NCBI GenBank assembly: GCA_023515725.1
Contig: JALDTO010000235.1
Location: 1-64,000, forward strand
Length of the DNA stretch: 64,000 bases
From: Amoeboaphelidium protococcarum X5
Lineage: Eukaryota; Fungi; Aphelidiomycota
Direction of reading: 5' to 3'
In this document: in pieces, positions 12,993 through 27,135 of the stretch
How the letters are laid out: every line of letters begins with the position of its first letter
Position numbering within the stretch: the stretch's first letter is position 1
The notes under the pieces: generated by a model
The model's input: only the letters and a program-made list of their open reading frames with translations
Databases searched by the model: none
Told to the model about the DNA's origin: nothing
Made by a program: the position numbers and the translations under genes

Positions 12993-14693
12993 ATGGGTGA
13001 CTTTAACCATGATTATCCCAATGCTAGAGAGCATGCAGGATATCAAAGTGCATCTGGAAGCTCCTGTATTGGTAGTGGAATTGCTGCTGCAATTGTCCTC
13101 TGTGTTGATCTGATATTAAGTGGTGAAAAGCATCTATTGAGATATTCGAGCGATATTGACAGTAGGAGAATCAGTTAGCTTACTGAGCTGATGCGCGTAA
13201 AATTGATGGATTTGGACCAACTTCCTTAAGACTCGGATGTGAATAACACGTAGGAGCATGTGAAATAATTGCTACAATACGCGACTGATCAAGTTCAAGT
13301 AACGTCTAACAGTTACGAGTGGAAGTATAATGTGGAGATGCCACCGAGTGTTGCCGGGCATTTAAAGTAGAATGTGCAAGACAGCTATATGATGAGTAGA
13401 ATATATTGGCCTCGTTCAAGCTTCTTTAACTTTATGCTATCAAGAGCTGGTGTTGAATCAGTTATCGGTCCTCTAGCATAATGTAAGCCGGATAGTGAAT
13501 TGTCCAAGAAGTTGGATTAGTATACTCAGCAAGCTGGGCTGAATGGTGTCGGTTTTATGCAGCGCGTATTCCCTATGCTATCAAGCAAGGATGTTAGCAG
13601 TATATTTGGAGAGGAGTGGTATGTTTATGTGCCGCTGATGTCTCATAAAAGCCTCTATATCTTGCGCATAGATCTGCGTGACATTTATAGCAGTGGCAAA
13701 ATCATCATATTTAGGTCTGATCCTCTCAAAGGCGCGTAAATGGCCCGTTGGCTGACGGTCTGGATAACGTGGGCTATCGGAGTTTATGATCAGTTATTGG
13801 AACGTGTAAATTAGCTGAATTATCCAGTTGCCTAGTATTGCTGGATTCCGCCTCACCTCTTATGCCGAGTTTTCCCACAGGTGAACCCGTCCAAGTTGGC
13901 AGCTCGTCCGTCATTCTACAACCCTATATACATTGAAATGGATGATGAGAATGATAAGGATTAAAAGGATGGTGGTATAAATGGATATGTTTATAAATTA
14001 TACAGTACATGGACTGCGAATGCGACTCTTGTTGATTCTGAAATTGTTAATGATAAGACGCTTTGTCAGGGCTGGACATTAAAGAGGAATGTCTTGAAAA
14101 TGCCCTATTATCACCGTGGCGATTTGTATAAGAATCCTCCTCGTGACTTTAAGCAGCTAGTGGACGTGGTACTGTAAGTCTTAAATATATTGATGCATCT
14201 TCAAGAGAAGCACCAACTTTGCCATTGCGACATTAGAGCCCCAAATATCTGCTGGTATACTGAGAATTCTGTTACGTTAATTGATTATGATTTGGCTACT
14301 ATAATAGGCAACTCTTCGCCAAAGGACAAAGAAGCTCGTGATAATGCTCCGGAATAGGACATATACGTAAATCACGATTTGTGGCTTCTTGGCGTAATGA
14401 TACTCCAACTCACATCCGATTACTTTACCTGGCGCGGGATTACTACGCATCGAGATGAATTAGTAAGGTTATTTAAATATTGGAAGCAATAATAAAGCCA
14501 AAATCAGGATAGGGCGCCTGCTGAACCATACTTTTATCCATTTGATTTTACCTCTGTTTAGTGGAAGGAGGCCTTTGTGCCTTATGTGAACCAATTGCAA
14601 ATCATTATTGAGAAATGCTTGTAGTTGCACAATCTTCGCTGGTAGATGGATGAGTTGAAAACTCACTTGGAAACCTTGAAGAAGAGCATTTGA
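12993..14693 (+). CDS. Divergent protein kinase with unknown N-terminal domain, copy 1 (start uncertain; frame open to ATG 12738)
   Basis: HCDIRAPNI, LIDYDLA, NAPE, DLWLLGVMI; TGA 14691-14693. Confidence 0.8.
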
Positions 14694-15100
14694 TCATTGA
14701 ACATTAGTTGCACGTAATGAATTGACAGTTGTAGTGGTATGAATAAATTGCATCTAAATATCAAAATCATCTATCTTTATTAACTATGGAGTAACTTAAT
14801 TAATGTTGTAACAACACGTTAGCAAATCAGCTATCAAATCCTATCCCAATTTTTAAAATCTCTCGCCTGTTATTTTCTATGCCACTGAGATGTACTGCAG
14901 TTTTGTAAAGCATAAGAAGATTAGTGCAATTAGTGCCTCATTATAATTTGCCAGCGATAAAAAAAAAATATAATAACTAGAGTATGATGCTTAATCCTGT
15001 GTCACACTTTAAGATTGTTTTAATAATAATCTCAGAGTTGGCTTAATAAGAAACGTCCAAGCGTAAAAAAATAATATCTCCTGATGCAAAAATAAAATTC

Positions 15101-16405
15101 TCATTTATTGCCACATGTCAATTTCTTGCCCTTTACAGAGTAGAATACACAACGACCGCCAGTGCGTGCCTTTCCAGTCTCAGCACAGAACGTGCGGCAA
15201 ACCTCGATTGGTGGTGAGTAGAGATGAAGCGATACTGCAGGCTAATCTTCATTAGGATTCGACACGCGATGAAGACCTAATTTGTCATGCATATACGCCA
15301 CCTAATTAGTCTTCATGGTGAACTGAGATTTTACATTTAGTGAACTAGCGCACAAAGAACTATCGCTGTCATCCTCACCAGCATTACCATTGCAGCCATT
15401 ACTATCAATATCACCACAGAGTAAGCTCTACGACATTGATTTTTGCAATCCAGCAGGCGGCATAACACGTCCCTACGGCCAGTCATATCTTGTCTCCTGC
15501 AATTCGCCGCTCATAACTTTCAGCAGGCAATGACTACCGCTATGATCATGAACAGGGCTAACTTGGCGGGGTCCCCAACAGAGAAGGAGAAGATTGTATT
15601 TGCCATTGCCATCGTCAACCAGATTCCTAGTGTATCTGTATGGATCATAGAAGGCGTACTATCGCCAGTCATTATAGTGATGCTCTTTGTTGATATTATG
15701 ATCTTGAGCGGTATCACAGTCATTTATAACATTCAACATACTTGCGTCAAACTTGGACATTATAGCCTACAACCTACTAATATCCGCATCATCCATGTCC
15801 ATCAGACCAAATTATTTCATTTCATTCCTAATCATCATCACAAGATCATTGAATGTCGCCGGAGTAGGAATCTCATCCTACTAACATTACTACATGCTAC
15901 CATTCCTGGCAGCGGTATGATCAAAAGCACTAGTAGAATGACGAGGAGGTGAGTGAGCAACAGCAAATCCAGTATTTACAGGAGATAATTGACGATCAGC
16001 TTCATCATTGTGCTCGCTACCAACCTAAAAGGCATTGATACTTTAATCATTAATAAGCAGCTTCTATGTCGGACTCTCATCGCATTGCTACGAACTAACA
16101 GGATGATCCATAACGCCATCCGACTCATCAGATTCTGCATCAGTATTGTTCGCCTGTAGATACGGAGCAGGAGTGAGAGATTGACTAGACATGACATCAC
16201 ATCCACTATCGTCGTGGTAAGAGTTTTGCTGATCATCTGCATGAGGAAGATGGAGATGATTATCATCTTTACGAGAGGCAGCGGAGGAGTACTTACAGAG
16301 ATGCTCCATTCTCGCAGGTGTCGCCTAAATATCGCTAAATGATAGAGGTAGTACTTTCTACTACTTTGGCGAGTCAATCACTTGTGTTTGTCGCAAGCTA
16401 TTCAT
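15101..16405 (-). CDS. CDO1: Cysteine dioxygenase with long low-complexity N-terminal extension
   Basis: [43 protein letters not shown]. Confidence 0.93.
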
Positions 16406-16998
16406 AGTAATCAGACAAATATCGCTATTTCCTATCTTTTAGGTAAACGTAACTCTTTTACACTACAGTATAGCCAAATGAACTACGAGGATAAACAAAA
16501 TATTCCCAGACTAGTTTAGTAAACACTTCAAAACACTTTCACTTGCTGTAAATAGATAAAGCCCAAAGAGTCTCTGAATGACAACAAAAATTTAAGATAA
16601 TAATTCAGAGCAATGTGAATATTTAAGAAACCAACACAATCGCTACCAAAATGATGATTAAATTAGAGTGAAGTGCGTGAACAAAGCTTGGGAAAGAAGA
16701 AAACGATTCAGCGGCGACTGGACTTGAAAAGGCGGGTGATCATCTTCGTCGGCTGTAAGATGTCGTGACAGATGGCGGCAACGGGGTCCCGTGATTGATC
16801 CACAAAGTGATTGGCAGGAGATATAAAAACACGTATCATTATGGTTGATGCTTGACTCTGCTTTGATTTTAGTTGCTAGTGCTAATAGCTGCGATCTATC
16901 ATAAATAATAAAGAGATAGAACTGATTTTGATAATAAAATGCAATTTATTCATACCACTACAACTGTCAATTCATTACGTGCAACTAATGTTCAATGA

Positions 16999-18708
16999 TC
17001 AAATGCTCTTCTTCAAGGCTTCCAGGTGAGTTTTCAACTCATCCATCTACCAGCGAAGATTGTGCAACTACAAGCATTTCTCAATTATGATTTGCAATAA
17101 GTTCACATAAGGCACAAAGGCCACCTTCCACTCAATAGAGGTAAAATCCAAAGGATGAAACTATGGTTCAGCAGGCGCCATTTCCCATTCTAAGTCATTC
17201 TGCGGCGGTACTAATATATCCCGATGCGCAGTAATAACACCCCAGGTAAAGTTCGCAGATGTGAGTTAGAGTATCATAACGCCAAAAAGCCACAAATCGT
17301 GATTTACGTATATGTCCTATTCCGGAGCATTATCACGAGCTTCTTTGTCCTTTGGCGAAGAGTTACCTATTATAGTAGCCAAATCATAATCAATTAACGT
17401 AACAGAATTCTCAGAATACCAGCAAATATTTGAGGCTCTAATGTCGCAATGGCAAAGTTGGTGCTTCTCTTGAAGATGCATCAATATATTTAAGACTTAC
17501 AGTACCACGTCCACTAGCTGCTTAAAGTCACGAGGAGGATTCTTATACAAATCGCCACGGTGATAATAGGGCATTTTCAAGACATTCTCACTTTACACCC
17601 AGCCCTGACAAAGCGTCTTATCATTAACAATTTTAGAATTAACAAGAGTCGCATTCGCAGTCCATGTACTATATAATTTATAAACGTATCCATTTATACC
17701 ACCATCCTTTTAATCCTTATCATTCTCATCATCCATTTCAATGTATATAGGGTTGTAGAATGACGGACGAGCTGCCAACTTGGACGGGTTCACCTGTGGA
17801 AAAACTCGGCATAAGAGGTGAGGCGGAATCCAGCAATACTAGGCAACTGGATAATTCAGCTAATTTACACGTTCCAATAACTGATCATAAACTCCGATAG
17901 CCCACGTTATCCAGACCGTCAGCCAACGCGCCATTTACGCGCCTTAGAGACGAACAGACCTAGAAATGATAATTTTGCCACTGCCATAAATGTCACGCAA
18001 ATCTACGCGCAAAATGTAGAGGCTTTTATGAGACATCAGCGGCACATAAACATACCACTCCTCTCCAAATATACTGCTAACATCCTTGCTTTCTAGCATA
18101 GGGAATACGCGCTGCATAAAACCGACACCATTCAGCCCAGCTTGCTGAGTATACTAATCCAACTTCTTGGACAATTCACTATCCGGCTTACATTATGCTA
18201 GAGGACCGATAACTGATTCAACACCAGCTCTTGATAGCATAAAGTTAAAGAAGCTTGAACGAGGCCAATATATTCTACTCATCATATAGCTGTCTTGCAC
18301 ATTCTACTTTAAATGCCCGGCAACACTCGGTGGCATCTCCACATTATACTTCCACTCGTAACTGTTAGACGTTACTTGAACTTGATCAGTCGCGTATTGC
18401 AGCAATTATCTCACATGCTCCAACGTGCTATTCACATCCGAGTCTAAAGGAAGTTGGTCCAAATCCATCAATTTTACGCGCATCAGCTCAGCAATCTAAC
18501 TGATTCTCTTACTGTCCATATCGCTCGAATATCTCAATAGATACTTTTCGCCACTTAGTATCAGATTAACCCTGAGGACAATTGCAGCAGCGATACCACT
18601 ACCAACACAGGAGCTTCCAGATGCACTTTGATATCCTGTATGCTCTCTAGCATTGGGATAATCAAAGTTAAAGTCACCCATGGATACGCTATCAGACTCT
18701 TTATTCAT
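16999..18708 (-). CDS. Divergent protein kinase, copy 2 (inverted paralog)
   Basis: Near-identical to copy 1 (MNKESDSVSMGDF...HCDIRASNI...LKKSI*); an in-frame TGA lies upstream of ATG 18708. Confidence 0.8.
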
Positions 18709-19181
18709 CTTGATTACTTTATCTATAATAAATCTTTAGTGAGCTTTTTGATATCAACGATAATGAAGTAATAAAAGACCAGCCAAAGCGTCTAAAGCGT
18801 AATGTGAACATTGATTGGATAAAACTCTGATTGGGAGCATGATTGATATTGACTGCATTGCTCCTGTTAGTAGAGTAAGAAGAATCATTTCAGCAGCGGG
18901 CGTATGTAGATTATCATGAATTCATGTATAAAGAACTTTGGCACGGTAGTAAGAATGGTCAGATTCAGGTCGCGAGCAGTATTCAAATTACAATTTTAAG
19001 GTTTTGGGACAGGGCGACTCAACTACGGAGCGATATCTAATCACGTTGGACAGAGGATACTTATATCCCCAGAGTAACTTACAATTTTCGATATTTTTAA
19101 GATATATAGTTCTTTAAAAAGCCTAAGATTTATTTAATCAATAGCTAAATGTGTATATCTTTTCATCATAGCAAAACCTAT

Positions 19182-20270
19182 TCAGCGGCGGGGAGTTTTC
19201 AACTCATCTTGCAGTTTATAACACAATTCCAGCTAACTTACAGTTTAAACCATGTAAGGTCTTTATCTTCTCAGAGAAGTGACAATATTTAAAATAATGT
19301 CTTTATGAAGATCTTCCTTATAGATTATTTCGTTGTTAGTGGCGAACTAATCTTGGTCAGTATCTGACCTATTCCTTACACCACCCTGATCTACATCAAT
19401 ACTCTCATGATGTTACGCATCATAACCACCACTTCGAAGGATAGATAAATAGTACGAGATAGCAATAAAAGTGCCGGTGCGTCCACATCCAGCGCTGCAG
19501 TGTACCACAACAGGAGATGGTATAAGAGTGCTAGTTTGGCACAGTTCAGTTACTCTGTCATGTAGCTATATAAGAGCTTAAGTATCAGAGGGCACTGAAT
19601 GATCAGGCCAGCCGGTATATTGCAACTAATAGACGGTCCTGTCAGGTTGACCAGGCGAGGAGAGTATAAATCGACGTAGTATACAGTCATTGGCAATGTA
19701 GTTGACGTCTAAAGACGGAGATACATTATTATGAGCAACAGACGCGTGTTCTGAGTGTAAGCGGACACGGACAGATTTCAATGAGCTCCTATTTCCCGAG
19801 CACGTAGTACTACCAGTATCAGTTTTATCTTCACAGTCGAAAGTCAAAACTGTATCCAGAGAATGAGGCCAATATCGCCAACACTTTTACATATCACCAT
19901 CTGTGAGGCCGGTCAGCATTAAAATAACACCAACACGTTCGCGATAAATCATTCGCCAGAAATCATGCACGGTATTCTACTTTGGTCCCTGCGTGGCAAT
20001 ATAATGACCTGTGGTGACTCGGTTGCTAAGGGAGGCGGCGTCGATCATTGCGGCGTCAAACGGATAATTGATATACGAAGCGTTGATATAGTTATTAGGA
20101 AGCCCACAATCGACATAATTGCCATCATACGGGAGTACATCCGAGTATCGGTTCAGCTAGTGATTAGTCCTGGCAATACTGTGATTAAAAAATTTCATCG
20201 GCAGATCTTTCGGGCTTCTACCAGCCGATCTTCCAGCGGCCTGCAGCTCAAACTAGATACCATTCAACAT
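19182..20270 (-). CDS. Classical protein-tyrosine phosphatase
   Basis: [48 protein letters not shown](Q)RPYMV(Q)T. Confidence 0.95.
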
Positions 20271-20636
20271 CTACACAAAGCGAATAACAGGAGTCAATAA
20301 AATATTCAGATTAATAATAAAATGAACTAATAGCGCAAATGCTTTACTTTAAACTTTCGAGCGTAAAGTGATGGCACTGATGACGGAGTGCCCATGACGT
20401 AGTGCTTATTATTAAATCGACGGCGATTCGAGAAATGTTTCCGCGGAGAGAAAACACAAAAGGGGCGCGATTTTATTGCCCTCAAATGACCGATTTGTAG
20501 ATTTCGGACAAGCCCTCTTACATGCTTTAATTGATGTAACAGAATTAGAAGAAAGGCTGGAGAAAATTAAAAACAGTATTACTGGATAGCTAGCTATTCA
20601 TTTGTATTCTTCAACTTTCACATATTTGTCAATTAT

Positions 20637-22598
20637 TCACATAGCCTTCACACGCGCCTTATCACTGTTATTCCCGCCGCCAAATATTGACGACTTTAAA
20701 CTTTTGAGTATGCCTTTGTCTTCCTGCTTCACCTTCTTCTGTTAGCCTGCAGAATTAGCAGAGGGTACCGAGACTTGAACACTCTCTCCGGAAGTTGCAA
20801 TACTACCGTGAACTTTGTACGGATTAACGAGCGTCGGAAGGCTTACAAAATCGTCACCAAACTTTTAGATTAGAGCTACATCAATCGCCAACACAGCGAA
20901 CCATAGCATCAGATTTACTTGATACCCAAACAGAGATGAGAATATCATTGCAATACTTATAATCAATAGTACAGAGAGCGCATAGAATACCAGTGATGCA
21001 GGCTTCACTAGACGGTGTGCAACCGTATCCAAATCAATAGACGTCAAAAGATCGAGAGTATCCTATCTAGAAGCATCAAAAAAGTTATTCTTCACGTAGC
21101 GAGCAATAGAATTACCCAAATCATTCACAGCTCCCTACCAACTCCTCTTACCCGTACGCGTGAAATCAGTCTTCAGAGCAGGAGTGCCACTATACATAAT
21201 AGAGATGACATCCGCATGATCAGCCCACATGTGTCTGTACAGAGACATAAACTCGGGTAATGCAACTTCAATCTGCGCAGAGCCGTCCAATAATGACAAC
21301 TATCCCAGCCAATCTGTCAGTAACAGCTTTGAAACCTCACTCTGCACGACATTAGTTCTATCCAGACAATCGATGCAATTAGTCCTGACAACACCATTCT
21401 ACATTCTCAACACCTGGCCACTCTTCCGGGAGAAATAGCCAATATTCCTAATCTCGGCAGCATACTTTTCAAACAATTTGACAATATTACCCCACTGCAT
21501 ATTCTTGCATTCGTGATGAAAATCGAAATGCGTATACTTGAACTGTTCATCCTTCATAAGCTCAACCTGATTCTCGAACTCTTTCGCCAGCACAAACTCT
21601 TTACCCTTGGAATTAACCAGATTGAACAAGAGCAAATCTCCACTCTCATTTATAGCGTACTATTTCTTCAAGTCTATCAAATGTTTACGTATAGCAGCAG
21701 AAGCATCAGCTACAATTTCCATAGATGGAGCATACTTTACATTGATCTTCTAATGCCAAAAGAGAGGGATAGATCCTCTAATCTGGACAAAAGAGAACAC
21801 GTGAGACTTGTCATTGGTCCATAGAATCTATTCAGTCTCTACGAAATTGGACACATTACCATCCTGATCAATACCACGACTAAAGTATCTGGTACCAATT
21901 CTAGAGACCCCTTTCCGGGACAGCAGCGTTAGGTTCACCACACGATCTCCACCAAGCGTAATCTAAATGTTCTAAACAAAGCCGCTCATCAGAGGCAAGA
22001 TGAACTTTGACAAATCCTAATCCTTCTACCCACTCTGAGTGATACCAATCAATTTGGTACACAGACGACGGTTGAAGAAGAATCTAGAATCAAACTACTT
22101 CCAAAGATGCTCCATCTTGCCATACGATTTATCCAGTGGCTTCTCAACAGACTGCACAGATCTTGACAAGTCACGATCATAGCTGTAATAGAAATGATCT
22201 TGAGCAAATAAATGTTCAATCTATCTAATCTAATTATACTCCACCTGACTAGTAACAGCCACTTGGCCCACTCTGTTCAACTTATTAAATGGCAATAACT
22301 TGACTTGCTTCACTCGCCACACCTCACCCAGGTAGTGCTGAGAGTTGAGCACCTTCTCTCGCTCACTCACCACCATCAGGTACTCATTCAACCACAGACT
22401 GATGGTTCCAATAATACCGTAAATAACCATCACCGTCTCTTGCTAAGTGGTAGGCACAGCAGGAACATTTCTTCTAATAGCACCCGACGATCTTGTGATG
22501 TACAGATTCTCACTCAACACCGAGGGATCCATGTACGATGGCTCAATGATAAAGTTTTCATCGGAGATGTACAATCTCAAAGACTCATGCACCTTCAT
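20637..22598 (-). CDS. SAC1: SAC1 phosphoinositide phosphatase
   Basis: GTRYFSRGID, SFVQIRGSIP, FDFHHEC, RTNCIDCLDRTNV, two C-terminal TM helices. Confidence 0.94.
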
Positions 22599-23238
22599 GC
22601 TTTAGCGATATAAGTAACTAATATATGGATGGTCTTCAAAAAGAGAATGTATAAACTACTATAGAGACAGGGAGTGAGTATGGAACTGCGTGGGGGTAAC
22701 AGAATGTTTGAAGAAAGAAGACCGCGAGATTCCCGACAGAGCGACAGACAGAGGCAGGCAGGCAGGCAGTCGGTGACAGCGAGCGACAGGGAAGACAGCT
22801 CTCTTAGAAATTTCCCGCTGCTTGATATTGCATAGAGGTGTACAAAGTAAATAAAACAGTTATGATCTACAGTATAATTCTGGGCAATATTCTTAGTTCG
22901 TACCAAACGTTTCTCTGGTAGTAATTTTCGTTTTCTATTTAAAGAGTAACATAGTGTGTGAATGAATGCTTACGTTCCATCGTAATAAAGGTGAGAAATC
23001 CATTTGATATGTAAATTGGCTGTGAGCACTGTCGGGTGGGCCCATTTGACAGCTTAGACGTTTGATAAAACCGCCCGCCGCAGGTCCAAGAGCAAGCGAA
23101 TGATTCTCTGATGGACGCGCTTAGTCACAGCCCAACTCACTCGCTCCGTCTCTAGTCGCCTCTGTTGTATTTTTCTGTCAATTTACACATTTGTGACAGT
23201 TCAAGCTTGTTGAAAGCAACTTTTCTGTGGAGTAGAAT

Positions 23239-23886
23239 ATGAATCTTAGCCCGTAATTTGGAGGTCATATTATCGGTCCTGCTGATGCTTCTCATTCAAT
23301 TCAAGTGTTTTTGGATTACGCTTGTCCGTTCTCTAAGCGTATGTACTTGATGCTGACTATGAATGTGATTCCAAAATGGAATGCTGAACATGGCGATGAC
23401 CTTAAGATAAAGCTAGTATTTAGTAATCAGGTACAGCCTTGGCATCCGTAATCTACTTTCCTGCATGAAGTCTCCCTGATTCCAGAACTGATTGGCTACC
23501 CTGCAGGATTTAAGTTAGTGTCTGATGCTCTGTTTGAGCATTATGATGATTTCACCGATGCTCAGACATATGACATGTCGCGTCAGTAGATTTATGATAA
23601 ATTGTTATAGACTGTTGTTGAGCCATCTCTACGTGAACATTTAGTTGGGTAGTAGAAGGTGGATAATACACTGGACCATCTGAGTGATTATGTAAAGTTT
23701 GATAAATCACTGAGTGGAAATAAGTGCACACTAGCACTCAAGTATCATTTAAAGATTGCAAGATAGCTGAGTGTTCACGTTACACCATCAGTGTATATTG
23801 ATGGAATTTTCGATTCAACGGTGCAAAGTTCTTATCAATATTCCGAGTGGGAAGAGTTGTTGACAAAGAAATTGTAAAAGTTCTGA
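23239..23886 (+). CDS. Thioredoxin-fold/DsbA-like protein (fungal-type)
   Basis: FLDYACPFS, QVQPWHP(Q)S, R(Q)LSVHVTPSVYIDG. Confidence 0.8.
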
Positions 23887-24015
23887 TTAGCTTTTTGAGG
23901 TGTTAATTGACAATAATAATTGCAATGAAATTCAATGACTTAATCATTAAAAATTTAAAATATCGACTAATATTATTTAACCACAAAAGCTGTCAACAAA
24001 TTCGATACAATACAA

Positions 24016-25206
24016 TCACTTTGCAGTGGACTTCTTTCTTCCTATTCCACCAGCGGTATTGCCACTGTGAGCACTAGTCTAGTCAGAGTCATTGGCAACT
24101 TCCAACTGTTCAACTTCAGCCAGCAATTGCTTGAGGGCAGCATGTTCAGACTCCAGATTCTTCATCAGCCTGTCTCTCTCACTAACCAACTTGGCTTCCC
24201 ACTATCTAAATCTAACCTCTTCAATCTGCACCTTCTGTGCCAGACGAGCTCTAAACTTCTCCTCCTCGTGCTTCAGATGGTTCTCAAACTAGTCTCTATT
24301 GATGGAGCCATCAGAGTCAGAGAATCGATTCTAACGGTAGTTCTCATAGTGAATGTCATGCGTAGTCTCAATTAAATCATTCATATGGGCACGGATGAGA
24401 AGAGTGCGCAGTTTCTTAAAGTCGCAGTGCTCCTCATTCTCAACCTCCACCAGGCCCCATGGATACTTGCGCCCAATAACTTTGCGCCCGTCGTTGGCAG
24501 TAACTTCTGAACCACCAATAACACCAAAAGGCATTGCACTCAGCACTGATATATTTCTCTTTTTCGAATCTTCATCATCAGTATCGAGAGGACATGCATA
24601 AACTTGAATGTTATAGTGTGCAATACACTACCTCACATTATCTTTCAATTGCATGAGAGCAGAAGAGGACAAAGTATCAGCCTTGGCAATCACTGGAATG
24701 ATATTGACAAGTGGACACAGCGCAGTAAGAGCCCGGATATCAAGAGGACGCAGAGTGGGATAGTGTGGAGAGATGAAATAGACCAGAGCATGAACTCTCA
24801 AATCGACAATAGCTTTGCTGCGATTAGGCTTACTCTCCTATCTCAAGTAGAATTCATGCTGATTCTACAGAAATTTCATAATTGGAACATATCCTTCAGT
24901 GTTATCGACAAAGTCACCAAAACCTTGAGCATCAATCACCGTCAAGTCCACTCTAAAGTTCTTCTCCTCCACTTGAGCTCTTATGAGATTCATCTTGACA
25001 CCCGATTCCGTGCTTTCAAATCTCTAGTCATATTTCTTACCCTCAAGCAGAGAGGAGGTGAACAATGTGTTGACAAACGTAGTCTTTCCTAAACCAGTCT
25101 CACCCACAACCATGATTGTGTATTTGCCACCCTTCTTGCTGACAATCTTATGAAGCTAATTCGGTAAATTGGCAATCCCCACAGAGTTGAACATTGGTGC
25201 AGGCAT
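24016..25206 (-). CDS. Septin (Cdc12/Spn4-like)
   Basis: VGIANLPN(Q)LHK, GETGLGKT, IAKAD, GRKYPWG, HCDFKKLR, HYENYR, C-terminal coiled coil. Confidence 0.93.
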
Positions 25207-25534
25207 ACTGTCTATAAGTGTTATCTGAATACCGTCCGTATATGTATAACACTTCAAACGAGAAAAACTATGAAGAAGAAAAAGAAGAAACGACACTTTG
25301 ACAGCAGAAGCGCTTTCTTGTGAGAGAAAGATAGCACGAACGAACGAACTGAAAAGTGTTGAAAGAAACACTAGAAAGGAACCAAACTTTCTTTTCTGAA
25401 ACGTTAAGGCTTATCGGAGACTTATCATTCCTGCTGAACTAAAACGCGCTTGATCATTCTTTCCCATTGTTGCTTACTTTTTTGTATAAACACTAGTATT
25501 CAAGTAACTTGGAAGTAGAAGATTAAATATCAAT

Positions 25535-25969
25535 ATGAATAGTGAAGATAGGGAATTGAAGAGAAAATTAGTGGACGACGAGAAGGAGAGCTCATCATCA
25601 AAGACCACTGAAAGCCCATCCAAGGCGGATAAGAAGCAGAAAAAGTTAAAGGAATTTGTAGTCTCAGACAGTGAGGAGCAAGATAGTGGCAGTGATCATG
25701 ATGAGGGTGAGGACAGTCTAGTACCAAAGAAGTAGAAGAATGACCAAGGTGAATACTTCTTCTCCATTGGAAATCCGCGTCATAAGAAGCGTGTCACTGT
25801 CCGCAGATTGAAGAATTCAACACTGATTGACATTCGCGAATTCTATGAAGACAAGGATGGAGATTTGAAACCGGGCAAGAAGGGAATTTCGTTGACAGCC
25901 GAGCAATGGTTAGATTTGACGCGTATTGTCGGTCCTGTTGATCAATTGATTGAGGAAGCTGATAAATGA
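25535..25969 (+). CDS. SUB1: Transcriptional coactivator PC4/Sub1
   Basis: KRVTVR, LIDIREFY, KPGKKGISLT..QW. Confidence 0.92.
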
Positions 25970-26030
25970 ACTTTATAATGGTTGCGTACTTTCTTAATAT
26001 CCTTTACTTACTTTTGCTGTATGTACATAT

Positions 26031-26894
26031 TCAAAAGTCGAGTAGCATTTTCATATCTTGATTTTCATCGTCATGAGATGAAGAGTTGCGGAAGAAGACA
26101 TGCTACCCACCATGTTCACCTGCATCGACACCATTTGTACCTTCAGAAACTTGATTACCATCTTGATTAAACTACTCCTGGTGTCGTGTCAAGTCTGCAG
26201 AATATTAATCTAAATTATTCATTACTTTAAACAAGAGACTAGATCTAATCTAATGTTCTTATACGGCGGGAAGCTGATGTCTACCAATAAACTCCAACGA
26301 CTCGTTCTATGACCAATTTAGAGGCGGTTTCGAGTATTACAACTACTGAGACAACTTTAAAACTCTATCAATACCATCGCGGCTATTCAATTGTTCACAA
26401 AGAGCACGTGATTGCTTTAAAATAGCCTTGGCATCTTACGCTATCTTTCGTAATTCAACTTGCAATTTGAGTAGATTCTTCATTGTATCCTATGACTCCA
26501 CTCTTCTCTATTGAGTCTACCGCGCAATTTCTGTAATTTCAGCAATCTTTTATTCATGTTAAGCAACCTGATGCTGTAAAGCATTCTATTCTCTGCGACA
26601 TTGGCTCAGTGTTTAGGACGCGTTAAGTATCTGGGCAAAGACTGACGGCATCTGTAATCTGGTGTCCCAACTTCTAAAATCAAGCAAATCTAATACTTCT
26701 TCATTCGCTAGCGATTGGAGAGCATCTTTTAGCTAAGATAAGGATTTCTAAGTTTTATCGGCATATTACTCAGAAAGCTTCTTTATAGAGTCGGTCATTT
26801 TCTTACTGAGGTGTTTGTTGATCCGCTCTTCGGAAAGAGATGATGATTGGGACTCATCGTGGATCTACTCGTAAATCATGGCGTCTTGAAACAT
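26031..26894 (-). CDS. Probable Mediator subunit Med4-like coiled-coil protein
   Basis: 287-aa frame absent from the ORF track; coiled coil, then KPPLNW...LPAV(Q)EH(Q)IRSSLL and an acidic tail, resembling Med4. Confidence 0.5.
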
Positions 26895-27135
26895 ATTTTA
26901 TGACTAAGCGAATAAAAGATATAGTTCGCCCTATTTTGAAATAGTTCAAAGTAATGCCAAAATTAGTTGACATCTATAGCATTGGCATTGTTACTCATTT
27001 CGATTGCACACGAGATTGTAACATCATGATAGATCGCACACATGGTTGTGATGAGAAAATTCAAAAGCATTTGTTCGATACCTTTGCCTTTTTCAAAGTC
27101 CGCCAAAATAAGAGCAGATATACATAGAATTAAAA

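Larger units (their letters stand above)
12750..18920. repeat. ~2-kb inverted (tail-to-tail) duplication, arms ~12750-14780 and ~16905-18920, enclosing the cysteine dioxygenase gene
   Basis: Arms are reverse complements over long tracts, including the 3' UTR (14691-14753 vs 16939-17001). Confidence 0.92.

Noticed and set aside
22735-22800. (GGCA)n/GACAG-rich stretch resembling the terminal repeat
   Set aside because: Short, different unit; simple repeat in the SAC1 upstream region.
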